DNA of 64,000 nt from Octopus vulgaris (Eukaryota): NCBI GenBank assembly GCA_951406725.2, contig OX597835.1, forward strand, positions 18,352,001 through 18,416,000, read 5' to 3'. Positions 28,941 to 42,919 of the stretch are shown here, in pieces; the stretch's first letter is position 1; each line of letters opens with the position of its first letter. The position numbers were made by a program, and so were the translations under genes. The notes under the pieces were generated by a model. That model was given only the letters and a program-made list of their open reading frames with translations, ran no database searches and was not told the origin of the DNA.

Positions 28941-28994
<54 letters not shown>

Positions 28995-29694
28995 TGTACA
29001 TGCAATGTACGTGCATATAGTAAACGAATTCATGGAATGAATAATGTATGAGAGTTCTGATAGCAGAGCATACCCCTGAATATATATCCCCGACACTATG
29101 TCTTCCTTTATACTGTGTAGGGGAAAAAAACAGAACAAAATAACTTTCCTTATTAGGTAGGACCGCTCCCGTATTTTGCCTTCCTTTCGGCTAATCTTAA
29201 GAAAAGATTTTACCTAAACAATATACGAGCAACGAAAAAAATGATATTCAGAACCAAATTAAATTGCTGGAACCAGATATATTTGTTGCTCTCATGTGTT
29301 CGAATCTTCGGAGTTCATTATACGAAACAGTAGCACGATGCCGTATTCTTTAATTAAGACTTGGATCTGTTATAATCCTTAGCACATTTGGCTAAAGCTT
29401 CAGTATAAATTCACGTGGATCTTTATGTTCCATGTGCAAATCCCGACGTGGTTAAATCGGCTGATCATCCCTTCAGGGTCGCTATAAAACATAACAGTGA
29501 AGTACTTATGTACAAGTTTGCTAAAAAAAAAAAAAACGTAACAGCGAAGTTGATGTAATCAACATGTCCAATACTCTAAAATATCGTTGGCTTTCATATC
29601 TACAACAGACCGGCTCACATTCGAGAGACTCATATTATCTTTTCCAAATACATTCCTTTTCCAAGTATACTCCTTTCCAAGAATATTCCTTTTT

Positions 29695-30082
29695 TTTATT
29701 CGTTTCAGCTATTTGACTGCGGCCATATTAGACCACCACCTTTAGTCGAAGAAATCGACCCAGGACTTATTCTTTCTAAGCCTAGTACTTAATCTATCGT
29801 TTCATTTTGCCGCTAGATTACGCGGGCGTAAACAGACCGATATCGGTTATCATGCGATTGTGGAGGGGGAATACAGACAAAAAAACACAAACACAAACGC
29901 ACAAACTCGTATATATATATGACAGGCTTCTTTCAGTTTCCGTCTACCATATACATTCTAAATGCTTTGCTCGGCCCGAGGCCATAGTAGAAGACACTTG
30001 CCCCAGGTGGCACATAGCTGGATTGAATCCAGAACCATGTGGTTGGGAAACAAGCTTCTTACCACACAGCCACGGCTGCGCC
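29695..30082 (-). mobile_element. SINE family B, diverged full length
   Basis: Reverse complement of SINE B from head to tail. Confidence 0.88.
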
Positions 30083-31002
30083 TATTTTTGTTCAAATATT
30101 TTTCCTCTTGTCGATGTATCTTTACGTTATTTGCACCCCTCTCGCTCTGCCTCCCCTGTCAATCTCTTTGTATCTACCCTTCTTCAACCTCCTCACCAGA
30201 ACATCACCCTCTGCTGAATATTGTATCTTAAACATATCTCTTTCCCTTTACCTTTCCCATCCCACCCTCCAGCACATCAATAGCACTTCTCTCTCCCTCT
30301 TTTCTCTATCCATTTTTCTCTCTTCTCACCGTCCTTTTTCTCACGTTCATCACCTCTGCATTCAACTAACCACATGACGAATTTGGCCTTATCCATCTTT
30401 CTATTTTGCTCACTTCTTTCTTCTCTACTCACGTCCGCTTCCCGCTCTCTCACTTTTACTCCACCTCTCACTCAGTCCAACTTCCTCACTAACTAATGTA
30501 TAACGGTTGAACATACAAGAAGATTGTTATACGGATATGTATGTATCCTTTCTACTATAAACACTATACGCAAAAGAACTGAAACCCTGTAAGAGAGAGC
30601 TAGTCGATTGCATTGACCTCACTGCTGAAGAGGTACTTGTTTCATTGCATGCCTCCTAGGTGGATAAAAATCGTCCTCGTTCGGATTTGAACTCAGAAGC
30701 TAAAGACATAAGACATGCCACGTTCTACCGTAGACACTAGACTTGAATGACTGTGAGTGAAGATTATTGGATGAAACCTGAGAGAAATACTTTGGCTGAG
30801 AAACAGCCATGTTTGTAGTAAAGCCCCATTAGTCATGCCGACTAAAACCACTCCCTGATTCTTGCCTATGTTTAATGGATCTATATCAGATTCATCATAC
30901 TTGGCTGCTTTGCATAGAGTCTATCTTCTATTGAAATAAACAATCGGCCATGCGTCCTTCTGGTATAAAGTTCCCCAACACGGATTTTGACTAAGCAGAA
31001 TA

Positions 31003-31215
31003 ATGGTTTTAAATTTAGGCACAAGGGCAGCAGTTTCGAAAGAGGAGCAAATCGATTACATCAACTCCAGGGACCAACTGGTACTTATATTTTCGTCCCC
31101 GAAATGATGAAAGACAAAGTCGGACTTAACGGAATTTGAACTCAGAAAGTTAAGACTGAAGAAATGACGGTAGGCATTTTACTCAGCTTGCTAACAATTT
31201 CACCTGCTCGTGGCC
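31003..31215 (-). mobile_element. Older SINE A subfamily
   Basis: ggtactta...gatgaaagacaaagtcg...ggaatttgaactcagaa. A more degraded copy lies at ~30545-30720. Confidence 0.75.
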
Positions 31216-31306
31216 TTGGACTATCACTAAAAATGCTACCTGAAATAGCAATTAACACTTTATTGTGTATATAACAGAAATATCTTATTCTGTGTAGTGC
31301 ACTTAA

Positions 31307-31538
31307 CCATTTAGCATTCAGATCATTCTGTCAAATGTAATGTTTATTTGTTCACATCGCTTTGAATTATTAATGGATTACCTCATGATTTTGAGATCCC
31401 ACTGATACGATAGTTTATTTTTAGAATTCCATAATGTGAGAGACTGGATCTGGACAGTGGGAACAAAGAAACAAACGGAAAAAAGACAAACGAAATAGAA
31501 TATATGGGTTTCATATGGTCGGTTTGATTGCTAAAGGG
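31307..31538. mobile_element. TTAA-targeting MITE (piggyBac-like)
   Basis: TTAA at 31303-31306 and 31539-31542. TIRs ccatttagcattcaga / tttgattgctaaaggg. Confidence 0.8.
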
Positions 31539-31804
31539 TTAAAACAAAAATTCCGCGGATCGAATTGGCATGGATTAAATGTATTTGGTTACATATTTGT
31601 TCAGTAGAGACTAATCTGGCGCGTAAAACAACAAAAAAAAGACGACGAAACTAAAAACAAGAACATTAATCAGCTGTGAAATATCATTCCCACAGCAAAT
31701 TTCGTCTATGTCCGTATATATATATATATGTGTGTGTTTGCGTGTGTGGGTGTATTTGTGTGTTTATGTATATGTGTTTTCACATATATATGTATATGTA
31801 TATA

Positions 31805-31884
<80 letters not shown>

Positions 31885-31919
31885 TATATATATATAATGT
31901 ATATATATATATATGTATG

Positions 31920-32106
<187 letters not shown>

Positions 32107-32721
32107 GTCGTGCGAAATATAGAAAATTCCTGGTTGATCTCTTCTGTTGTTTTATATTTATCCGCGCAATAACTTTATATTCATTAATATCTGTTTTCGT
32201 GTGTTTAAGCAAAATATATAAAGTTCTTTCGCTGCAGACAACGAGGCAATTGAATGGAAAACTTTGGTTCTGCAGCTATGTCTCCTTCTGTTGTAATGCA
32301 AAAAAAAAAAAAGAGAAATATCCAAAACCACAAATTCTACATACGTTCACCATGGCCGATAATTCTATGAATATTCCAGACAAATGGCCGCCCGATCCAT
32401 TAATACAACCAATTTTGGAAACATGTGTTTATAGCAGCGCTTGATATTGTTTTTAATGTTTTTAATGTTGTTAATTCTGTCGCTGTCATCTTTGTTTTCG
32501 ATATTGTTTCTACTGCTACGGTTTCTCCTGCTGTTTGTGTTTGTGATTTTTTTCGTTTTTATTATCGGCAAATATCGGTCATGTATTTAATTTTATTCCT
32601 TTTCAGTTTTATCCTTCTTCTTTTCACTCACATTGCACTCTGGCCATGCTGGGGCAATGCCGGCAAGGTAGACGTCAATGGCCACTCCCCGATCATTTTT
32701 AAATATACGTATTGCACTTAC

Positions 32722-32981
32722 GTGGAGGCGCGTGGCTTAGTGGTCAGGGTGTTAGCACCATGATCGTAAGATTGTGGTTTCGATTCCTGGACCGGTTGAC
32801 GCATTCTGTTCTTGAGCAAAACACTTCATTTCACGTTGCTCCAGTCCACTCAGATGGCAAAAATGAGTAACGCTGCGATGGACTGGCGTCCCGTCCAGCT
32901 GGGGAACACATACGCCATTGAAACCGGGAAAACGGGCCCATGAGCCTGGCTAGGCTTTAAAAGTGCGCATTTATTTTTATT
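32722..32981 (+). mobile_element. tRNA-derived SINE family D (V-SINE-like core)
   Basis: A-box TGGCTTAGTGG, B-box GTTTCGATTCC and core gcgatggactggcgtcccgtccag. TSD tattgcactta at 32710-32720 and 32982-32992. Confidence 0.88.
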
Positions 32982-33542
32982 TATTGCACTTATCCTAACG
33001 GTTAATTTCACGAACTACATAGTTATGATGCAAACAAATCGACTGCGATTTTCAAGCAGTGAACACAACCACAAAATCACATCCTCGCGCACACAAACAC
33101 ACACATACAAACATTTCCTCTTAATATTCTCAACTGAAAAATTCATACACAAACCAATCTATTTATTAATAGACGACACTTGCACATGATTCTGTGATAT
33201 GGAAGTAAATCACAGACTACTTGGTTGCGAATCGTAATTCTTAACCACTGAGCCGTTTTATGCTTCCCTGTGGCGGATAAAGCTTGTTTCTGCGAAAACA
33301 AAACAAAAAGAGCACAACAACAAAATTGAGTGCAACACAAGTTGCATCAAAACCGAAGGCAACACTAACAGTTATAACATCAACAATAGAAATCGCAACA
33401 AAAATGGAAACAACAAAAGCAACACAAATATAACAGGAAAATAAAGAGCCGTGATAATAATAACAACAGCTACAACACCTGGAACGGTGAGTGTGGAGTA
33501 GTTTATTTGAAACTAGAGTGTCAATCGTTTAACTAGCACATT

Positions 33543-33793
33543 AAGGCGGCGAGCTGGTCAAGGCGGCGAGCTGGTAGAATCGTTAGCACGCCGGCCGAAA
33601 TGCGTAGCCGTATTTCGTCTGCAGTTACGTTCTGAGTTCAAATTCCGCCGAGGTCGACTTTGCCTTTCATCCTTTCGGGGTCGATAAATTAAGTACCAGT
33701 TACGCACTGGGGTCGATATAATCGACTTAATCCGTTTGTCTGTCCTTGTTTGTCCCCCACTGTGTTTAGCCCCTTGTGGGTAGTAAAGAAATA
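33543..33793 (+). mobile_element. SINE family A with duplicated 5' 16 nt
   Basis: aaggcggcgagctggt occurs twice at the head, followed by a full body. Confidence 0.92.
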
Positions 33794-34086
33794 GATTAAC
33801 TACCACATGTAAAATTGTGATGCACATAGTTCAGAACATATCATTATTTATGAATGAAAATTGGTGTACAGAGACGGGGTCGGTCTCGAGGTTGAGGTGG
33901 AGGACTAATAACACAGTAATATAATATAGTAATGTAATGCTGAGGAGAGTGATGAATAACTAGAGTCAATTGTACGTTGGAGAGAAGTCCTTATGTCATT
34001 TATTTCCTGGTTCTGGAGGGAGGTGCAATGCTTATGAGCATTGTAGACATTTATAGCCCTGTGAGAATGATGTCATTATAGTTTCT

Positions 34087-34853
34087 TATTTCTTTACTGC
34101 CCACAAGGGGCTAAACACAGAGGGGACTAACAATGACAGGCAAACAGATTAAGTCGATTATATCGACCCAGTGCGTAACTGGTACTTATCAAATCGACCC
34201 CGAAAGGATGAAATGCAAATTCGACCTCGGCGGAATTTGAACTCAGAACGTAGCGGCAGATGAAATACCTATTTCTTTATTACCCACAAGAGGCTAAACA
34301 GAGAGGGGACAAACAAGGACATACGTAGGTATTAAGTCGATTACATCGACCCCAGTGCGTAACTGGTACTTATTTAATAGACCCCGAAAGGATGAAAAGC
34401 AAATTCGACCTCGGCGGAATTTGAACTCAGAACGTAGCGGCAGATGAAATACCTATTTCTTTATTACCCACAAGAGGCTAAACACAGAGGGGACAAACAA
34501 GGACATAAGTAGGTATTAAGTCGATTACATCGACCCCAGTGCGTAACTGGTACTTATTTAATAGACCCCGAAAGGATGAAAAGCAAATTCGACCTCGGCG
34601 GAATTTGAACTCAGAACGTAGAGGCAGATGAAATACCTATTTCTTTACTACCCACAAGGGGCTAAACAAAGAGGGGACAAACAAGGACGGACATAGGTAT
34701 TAAGTCGTTTACATCGACCCCAGTGCGTAACTGGTACTTGATTTATCGACCCCAAAAGGCTGAAAAGCAAAGTCGACCTCAGCGGAATTTGAACTCAGAA
34801 CGTAAAGACAGATGAAATACCGCTAAGCATTTCCCTCGGCGTGCTAATGTTTC
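34087..34853 (-). mobile_element. SINE family A tetramer, 184-bp period
   Basis: Unit boundaries at 34270, 34454 and 34638. TSD tgtcattatagttt at 34071-34084 and 34854-34867. Confidence 0.92.
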
Positions 34854-35221
34854 TGTCATTATAGTTTGTATTAAATACATGCACGGTTAAATATGCGCAG
34901 GAAAAGCTTGATGCGGTAATTCGGGGCGCATAGCATTCGGAGAAGAAAGGATTTGGTGTAACGAATACAGAGGGGATTAGAAACACAAGGATGATGTGAG
35001 AGGTAGATACGATCCGGAGGAGAGGGTGTGGATGCAAGTTAGATGAGTTCAGATAAATGATGTTCTAACAGCGGTAGAAGAGTAAATAATATAGATATGA
35101 TATAGAACGAGAAAAATGAAAACAACGATAGCTACAAAGCCAAAAGCAGAAAGAGCAACAACATTGAGTGTAACCATCAATACGCAACACAGATCCATAA
35201 AGCACAAGAACAGCAGCAGCA

Positions 35222-35922
<701 letters not shown>

Positions 35923-35938
35923 AATAATAATAATAATG

Positions 35939-35994
<56 letters not shown>

Positions 35995-35999
35995 ACTAC

Positions 36000-36035
<36 letters not shown>

Positions 36036-37269
36036 TAATATTAATGATGATAACAACAACAACAACAGCAATCATGCCATAACGCCTAATTCTGAAACCA
36101 GAACAGGTAACAATTCTTTTAACAATGAGTACCAAACAGAAGTGAATAAATGCCTGTGTAATTTGTGAAACAAAATTATCTGTTCTTTAGAAAGTCAGTG
36201 TTTAAGGAAAAAACATAGTGAATCAATGTAACCTAATAACAACCAATCATTACTATTATTACATGGGTACGTCTGCTGCACTTTCGAAATCTAGGTTTCA
36301 TAATAATATTCCTTCATTGTCATTCTACAAATGTTGGTAAATGTATTTGAAATTTAAAAGATGTGAATATTAAGTATGACTTAAAAGTGATCTATTATTA
36401 GTTACACATTATGGTACAATGCTGATAATTATAAATGTGATCTTTACTTCGATTCCTCGAGGCAAATATCATATTTGGAATTATATTGTATGATATATAC
36501 TATAGAATTACTTCTAAATTAATATTGTTAAATTATAATGGTAATTTTACATTGAAAAGTTGTCATTGAAAAGTTGTCACAAATTTAGAAATACATTTAA
36601 CTATTTTAATTCTGAAATATATTTGCTTTCCGTTTAATATAGTAATACTTTTACTAAAATTATGCAGCGTATTTTATAGACAAATGCCAAATTGTCGTGA
36701 CATAGAATCTCTAGTCTCTAGTATCGTAACGTAGAATACGTAATTATTTTTTATTCTTTCCTTATGCACTAATGTCCACAAAATTTGAAAACGAAACTAG
36801 ATTTCCTTAGATAATATTTCTTCTTAACGTTCATTTTGTACGCCTTCGTATACGCGCTATAATTTCTTAGTTAACTTTCAATTTAATCAATCTTGTACAG
36901 CCTTGAAAACGTTGTGTTAACATGTATTTTCGGATATATTAATAGATCAATCTGACTCATATATTCTGTATCTAAATATGTTGCTATAACATAAACGAAT
37001 GACCAATGAAAGATGAGAGCTTTTCCCTTCGTACACTTGTTGTTTTATATGTACCTCGGTCTCACGCCATTTTCGCTAACTTAAACTGTGTTTTAGGAAG
37101 CTGCAACAAGTTGAATTTTACATGACCTCTAGAAGCTAAATTTCTAGGGATGTCACATATAATAAAAGAAATTAGGCCATTGCTAGAACTCTCATTGAAA
37201 AACGTATTATCATATGGACCATCAAAAGAATATCAGCTCAGTTAAAAATGAAGACTAGTGCGAGCAACC

Positions 37270-37655
37270 ATTTAGCGAACATATATGGACTCTGAAATTT
37301 GAAGAGGGCTTAATCAATACGTTTGAGATGTGGCTATGTTATAGAATTCTACGAGTCTCTACCAAGGACCATCAGACAAGTAATTGGATGTTTCAAAATG
37401 CAAGTAAAGGGTGACAATTCCTGAACATTTTGAAGGAAAAAAAACTCATCTATTATGGGCGTATAAAAGGAAGCAGAAGTTTGGAAAACATAATCATGGA
37501 AGTAAGAGTTATAGAGAAATATATCAAAAGGCAGGAAGAGAATTCAGTAGTTAGAAAAAAATATGAGAAGCTGGTTGGACAAGAGAAGCCAGGCAGCTGC
37601 AGAACGCTCGTTTCATTGGGGTGACATTACTTGTTGTGATGTCAATGCGCTGCCG
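37270..37655 (+). mobile_element. Heavily degraded RTE LINE 3' region
   Basis: INTFEMWLCYRILRVS...KKLIYYGRI...SLENIIME resembles RTE AFEMWCYRRMLRI..KLxYFGHI. Confidence 0.6.
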
Positions 37656-38269
37656 GTGTATGACACACACACACACACACACACACACACGTACACACAC
37701 ACATACACACACACACACACACTCAAATTAGGTACTCATACTCATAAAGTTATAAATTCCACTTAAAATGCGCATATATATATATTAATACATATCGACA
37801 CATGGATATTTTTAAACATATTAATAAACTATAAATATAGATATACATAAAAATACATGTAAATAAAACCTATGTAGGATACTATGAGAGAAAGTGTGAG
37901 GAAAAGAGAGCTGATAAAATTGCTTTTGTACTAAAATTAAGAGCGGTTAATAGTTTCAATTAAAAGATCCATAGAAATCGATGTATTTTTGTTTTTATAT
38001 ACCACATATTATATACCTTATACACTGGTCTTTTGCAAGAGGGGAGCTCTGAAGTTATCTGGTCACATTGTGTTATTTTTTATAAATACAACTCTTAAAA
38101 TGGTTCGAATTCTGCGGATCAGTAGCACTGTTTACTTAGTGACCAGAGTGAAACTTGTGTAGGCATGTTTATGCTTATTTTATGGCAGTTTATGTTCCTT
38201 TAAATTGTCTTTGTATTAAGTATTTTCTGTGTTTTCACTATGATACAAATAAAATAATTACCCACAATA

Positions 38270-39395
38270 TATTTTGCTCCGTTTTCTTACATTAATATTT
38301 GTACGTCTTAGTCCATTTCAGTATTGACGCCCTATATATGACTACCTCAACAGCCTAGATGTTCATTGCGGTAATCAAATGTTTGGAATTTCAGGTTAGA
38401 TTTCAACACCATCTTCACTCATTTTTGATACGCTTCGCTGACCTTGACTTTCATTTCTCAGTGTAGAATTTCATCCAGCCCCCAAATCCCCAAATATCTA
38501 TACACACTACTGTCGGTTTCACCCATGGTCCCTCCTGAACGTAACAGAAATCCTCTGCATGATACTTTCTTCTCTCATTTCATATTAATTACTGACCATA
38601 TGGTAATCCCAAATTCCATACCGATGTCCCTACCACGTATCTGAACTGTGTTGGTTAAGGAATCTATCTGTTTATCAGATTTCCCAAACAATTTCAAGTC
38701 ACGCATAAACAGAAGATGGTTCAATGATGGGCCTTCCTTCACACATCGGTAACCCACCTTAATTTTCCTAGGTGTCATTGTTATAAGTATTAGTGCAATT
38801 ACAAAGAGTAACGGAGAAAACGAGCCACCTTGGAAGATACCCCTTTTAATATGAACTTCTCCTAGGAATACACTGTTAGAGTATTATGTGGTTTTCCACT
38901 CTTTCATTTTATGCATCGGAAAATTTGTGATGTTGTCAGCAGCACCAAACATCTGCAAGCATTTAACGATCGAAGAATGAGGAATCATATATGCTTTATT
39001 ATAGTTAATCCAAGCCGTGTAGACATGTTTGTATGATGCTTTTTACAATGCCTCAAGATGTGCTTTATCGATGACTAGTTGATCCTTGGTACTCTGAGAA
39101 CTCTTCCTACATCCTTTTTCTTCCTTTGGTAGTATTTCTTCATGTGTCAGGTAAGTATATGTCCTTGCCGCAATATTCCAGTGAATATCTTCCAGATTAT
39201 GTTTAGGCATGCTATGGGACGGTAGATTCCCACAACATTCTCCTTTCTTCTATATTTCATTATAAGTGTAGTCCTCCCAATCACCATCCATGTGGCGACT
39301 GTACCATTCTGGACACACTCAATTGTGCTGCTGGTCTTTCATGCACCGCGTGGCATCTCTTCAGCCAATAGCTATGAATCCCATCTGGTCCGGGA
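38270..39395 (-). mobile_element. Degraded R4/Dong LINE reverse transcriptase
   Basis: PGPDGIHSYWLK, RGIFQGGSFSPLLF and LNHLLFMRDLKLFGK...DIGMEFGI. Confidence 0.88.
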
Positions 39396-39397
39396 AA

Positions 39398-39566
39398 AAT
39401 ATCTTAGGAATAAGAACCCAGGTTCAAAATTTCCCCAAGATACCTGATGAAGGCTGGAGGGTATATCAGCCGAAACGTTGTGTTAACAACAAACAAGATG
39501 AGGACACATATCCGTCAAATGTAAATAATGTACATAATTCCTCATCTCTTGAATATAGAACTGTAT
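39398..39566 (+). mobile_element. PLE-like terminal fragment with minimal hammerhead (39440-39483)
   Basis: atac CTGATGA a ggctg-loop-cagcc GAAA cgTT gtgt. Confidence 0.7.
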
Positions 39567-39569
39567 TTT

Positions 39570-39705
39570 ATATACTTGTCGTCATAGGTTCCCTAGGAAT
39601 GACTGCAAACGGACTGATTCCTACCTAGCTCAGATACAAGGAAACCTCAAAATGGCAGAAATTCAAAAGATAATGCTCTTGGGAACTGTCCGTATCTTAC
39701 GTATT
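39570..39705 (+). mobile_element. R4/Dong LINE C-terminal fragment
   Basis: ILVVIGSLGM...EIQKIMLLGTVRILR. Confidence 0.7.
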
Positions 39706-39949
39706 TCGAGAGACGTATTAAGGGTAGGCTAAAGACAGGTAGTGATAGAGAAGCACCCTGGAAAATGTCACATGGAATTCTTACGGCCTAGCATTATTAT
39801 TATGATTATATCATCATCATCATCATCATCATCATTATTATTATTATTATTAATATTATCATTATTATTATTATTATCATTATCATAATTATTATTATTA
39901 TTATTATTATTATTACTTTTATTATTATCATTACAATTATTATTGTCAT

Positions 39950-39987
<38 letters not shown>

Positions 39988-40119
39988 TTTTTTTCTTATT
40001 ATTATTATGATTGATATCATTACTACGATTATTAGTATTATGACTATCATCTCTATACTTACACTTATAAGAATTCTCATTATTTCGCTACACGGAATTT
40101 TGTAGCGTGTGTTGTACAT

Positions 40120-40150
<31 letters not shown>

Positions 40151-40154
40151 CACA

Positions 40155-40208
<54 letters not shown>

Positions 40209-41016
40209 TATATATGTGCATATATGTATACGTATGCATATATATACTTATATGCATATATATATTTGTATATATATATATGTATATGCATATATACGTA
40301 TATGCAAATATATATATATGTGTATATATGTATGCATATATTTGTATATATACATATATAAATGCGAGTGCGTTTTATATGTATGTGTGTATGTATATGT
40401 TTGTGTTTGCGCGTGTTTGCATGTGTATGTGTATAAATGTATGTAGGCATCTCTATGTGCTGTCGATGTCATTCACCTAACCCGTATATTCACTGAGTTT
40501 TTTTTTTTTTTTTTGATATATACCATTCCATTTTTTTGGCGTTCAGATTTTGCTGAATGAAAAAGAAAACTGTAAAATGAGAAAGAAAAAAAAATACATA
40601 CAACGAAAACAAAAAACACTTTTTAAAAATATGATTTTGATGAAATTTTAATGAAATATGGTGGCAGTGAAGTTTGAGGAAATAGACAATTTTGGTAAAC
40701 TAATGAAAGTCATATAGCAATTGAAGAACTCCGTTATTTTCATTAAATTCTTGCAGAATGTTGCTTCTGGCTATGAAATGTAACGAATTCTAGCCTTTGA
40801 TGTACTTCCTTCTGTGTTACTTTTGTCAATTTTTTGTTTGTTCTTTTCAACGATATTACACAAACATACACACACACACATACACACAAAGACACGCGCA
40901 TTGGCAGAGAGGAAACACGACAATGTGCATGAACATACGCATCTGACATATATATGAACTTCCGTTTCCCGTATACATATATGCATATATCTATACGCAC
41001 ACACACACACAAACAA

Positions 41017-41087
<71 letters not shown>

Positions 41088-41159
41088 AACATACACTTCC
41101 AAACCTACAGCCACATAAATAGATATTAAAATGCATACAAATATGTTTACAGATGGATA

Positions 41160-41196
<37 letters not shown>

Positions 41197-41638
41197 ATAT
41201 ATATATATAAACATACATATACATACATATATATATATATATGCATATATATATATATATATATATACATATGTAAACACGCACATGCACATGTATACAC
41301 AGACCCACATCCACACCTACAACCGCATCTACACCCACATTTATAATATATATACATATATCTATATGTATGCATACACACATGGACACACGCACACGAA
41401 CACCTACGTATACACATGCAATCTCACACACACATACACGCATATATGCATTTATTTTATGTATGCATATGAATAGGAAAAACAATGTTTAAGAAGACAC
41501 AAGCGGATGCACAAATTCATGCAGACATACATGCACACGCACACGGAGACTGAAAATTATCCGAACGTCATTTAAACATACGATAACAAGAAGCTCCTGA
41601 TATACGGAATTATTTACATATTGAATAAGTGACTACAC

Positions 41639-41678
<40 letters not shown>

Positions 41679-41853
41679 ACACACACCAATATAAGCAGCC
41701 ATAAACAGTAATGCATTTCCACACATACATACACACACACACACAGAGGCAAGTACATATACGCACACAAACACTCAATACCAGTCATACACAGAAACAC
41801 ACTGACACACACACACGAATATAAAAGCACATAAACAGAGATAATATTCATAT

Positions 41854-41885
<32 letters not shown>

Positions 41886-41994
41886 TCACACACACACACA
41901 CTAACCCGCACATACGCACACACTAGCACGCACATTTCTTTTACTCTCTAATATACATACATACATAAATATATACATACATTTATATATATAA

Positions 41995-42200
41995 AGTTAA
42001 TCCAAACATGAAAACACAAAGAGAAAACACAACAACGCAAGGACGTGGAACAAATATAGTATTATTGGACGCTCAGGAAAGAAGGAAAGAAGGAGGGTTT
42101 AACGTTTCGAGCGGAGCTCTTCGTCAGAAACATAGGAAAAGGAAAGATCCAGAGAAAGGAAGACGGATGAAAAAAATCGCCAACGGTAAACACGTGGTTA
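41995..42200 (-). mobile_element. PLE-like terminal fragment with minimal hammerhead (42097-42131)
   Basis: Minus strand reads gttt CTGACGA a gagc tcc gctc GAAA cgTT aaac. Confidence 0.75.
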
Positions 42201-42386
42201 TCCAATCACTCGAATTTGTTGACGTGTGAGTCTGTACATATCAATTAGTATGGTGGAAGGAATCGAAACAGAGATCTTTAACATGGCTTCAATCCATATG
42301 TAATATATTGTCTTAAAGATCCAACTGACCATGACAGGTTACTTATTTAGTTGCTTATAGGTTACTCTTAATATTGTTTCTGTATA

Positions 42387-42805
42387 GGCGCAGGAGTGGC
42401 TGTGTGGTAAGTAGCTTGCTTACCAACCACACGGTTACGGGTTCAGTCCCACTGCGTGGCACCTTGGGCAAGTGTCTTCTACTGTAGCCTCGGGCCGACC
42501 AAAGCTTTGTGAGTGGATTTGGTAGACGGAAACTGAAAGAAGCCCGTCGTATATATATATATATGTATGTATATATGTGTGTGTGTTTGTGTGTCTGTGT
42601 TTGCCCCCCCCCCCAACATCGCTTGACAACCGATGCTGGTGTGTTTACGTCCCCGTTACTTAGCGGTTCGGCAAAAGAGACCGATATAATAAGTACTAGG
42701 CTTACAAAGAATAAGTCTTGGGGGTCGATTTGCTCGACTAAAAAAGGCGTTGCTCCAGCATGGCCGCAGTCAAATGACTGAAACAAGTAAAAGAGTAAAA
42801 GAGTA
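42387..42805 (+). mobile_element. SINE family B, full length
   Basis: Head-to-tail match with the other SINE B copies. Confidence 0.93.
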
Positions 42806-42817
42806 TGGTACTCAGAT

Positions 42818-42919
42818 AAGTGCCAGTTACGCACTGAGGTCGATATAATATACTTAATCCGTTTGTCTGTCCTTGTTTGTCCCCTCTGTGTTTAGCCCCT
42901 TGTGGGCAGTAAAGAAATA
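42818..42919 (+). mobile_element. 5'-truncated SINE A
   Basis: 3' half only. TSD ggtactcagat at 42807-42817 and 42920-42930. Confidence 0.88.

Noticed and set aside
34087-34853. CRISPR-like array
   Set aside because: The units are whole SINE repeats without unique spacers, the context is eukaryotic and there are no cas genes.
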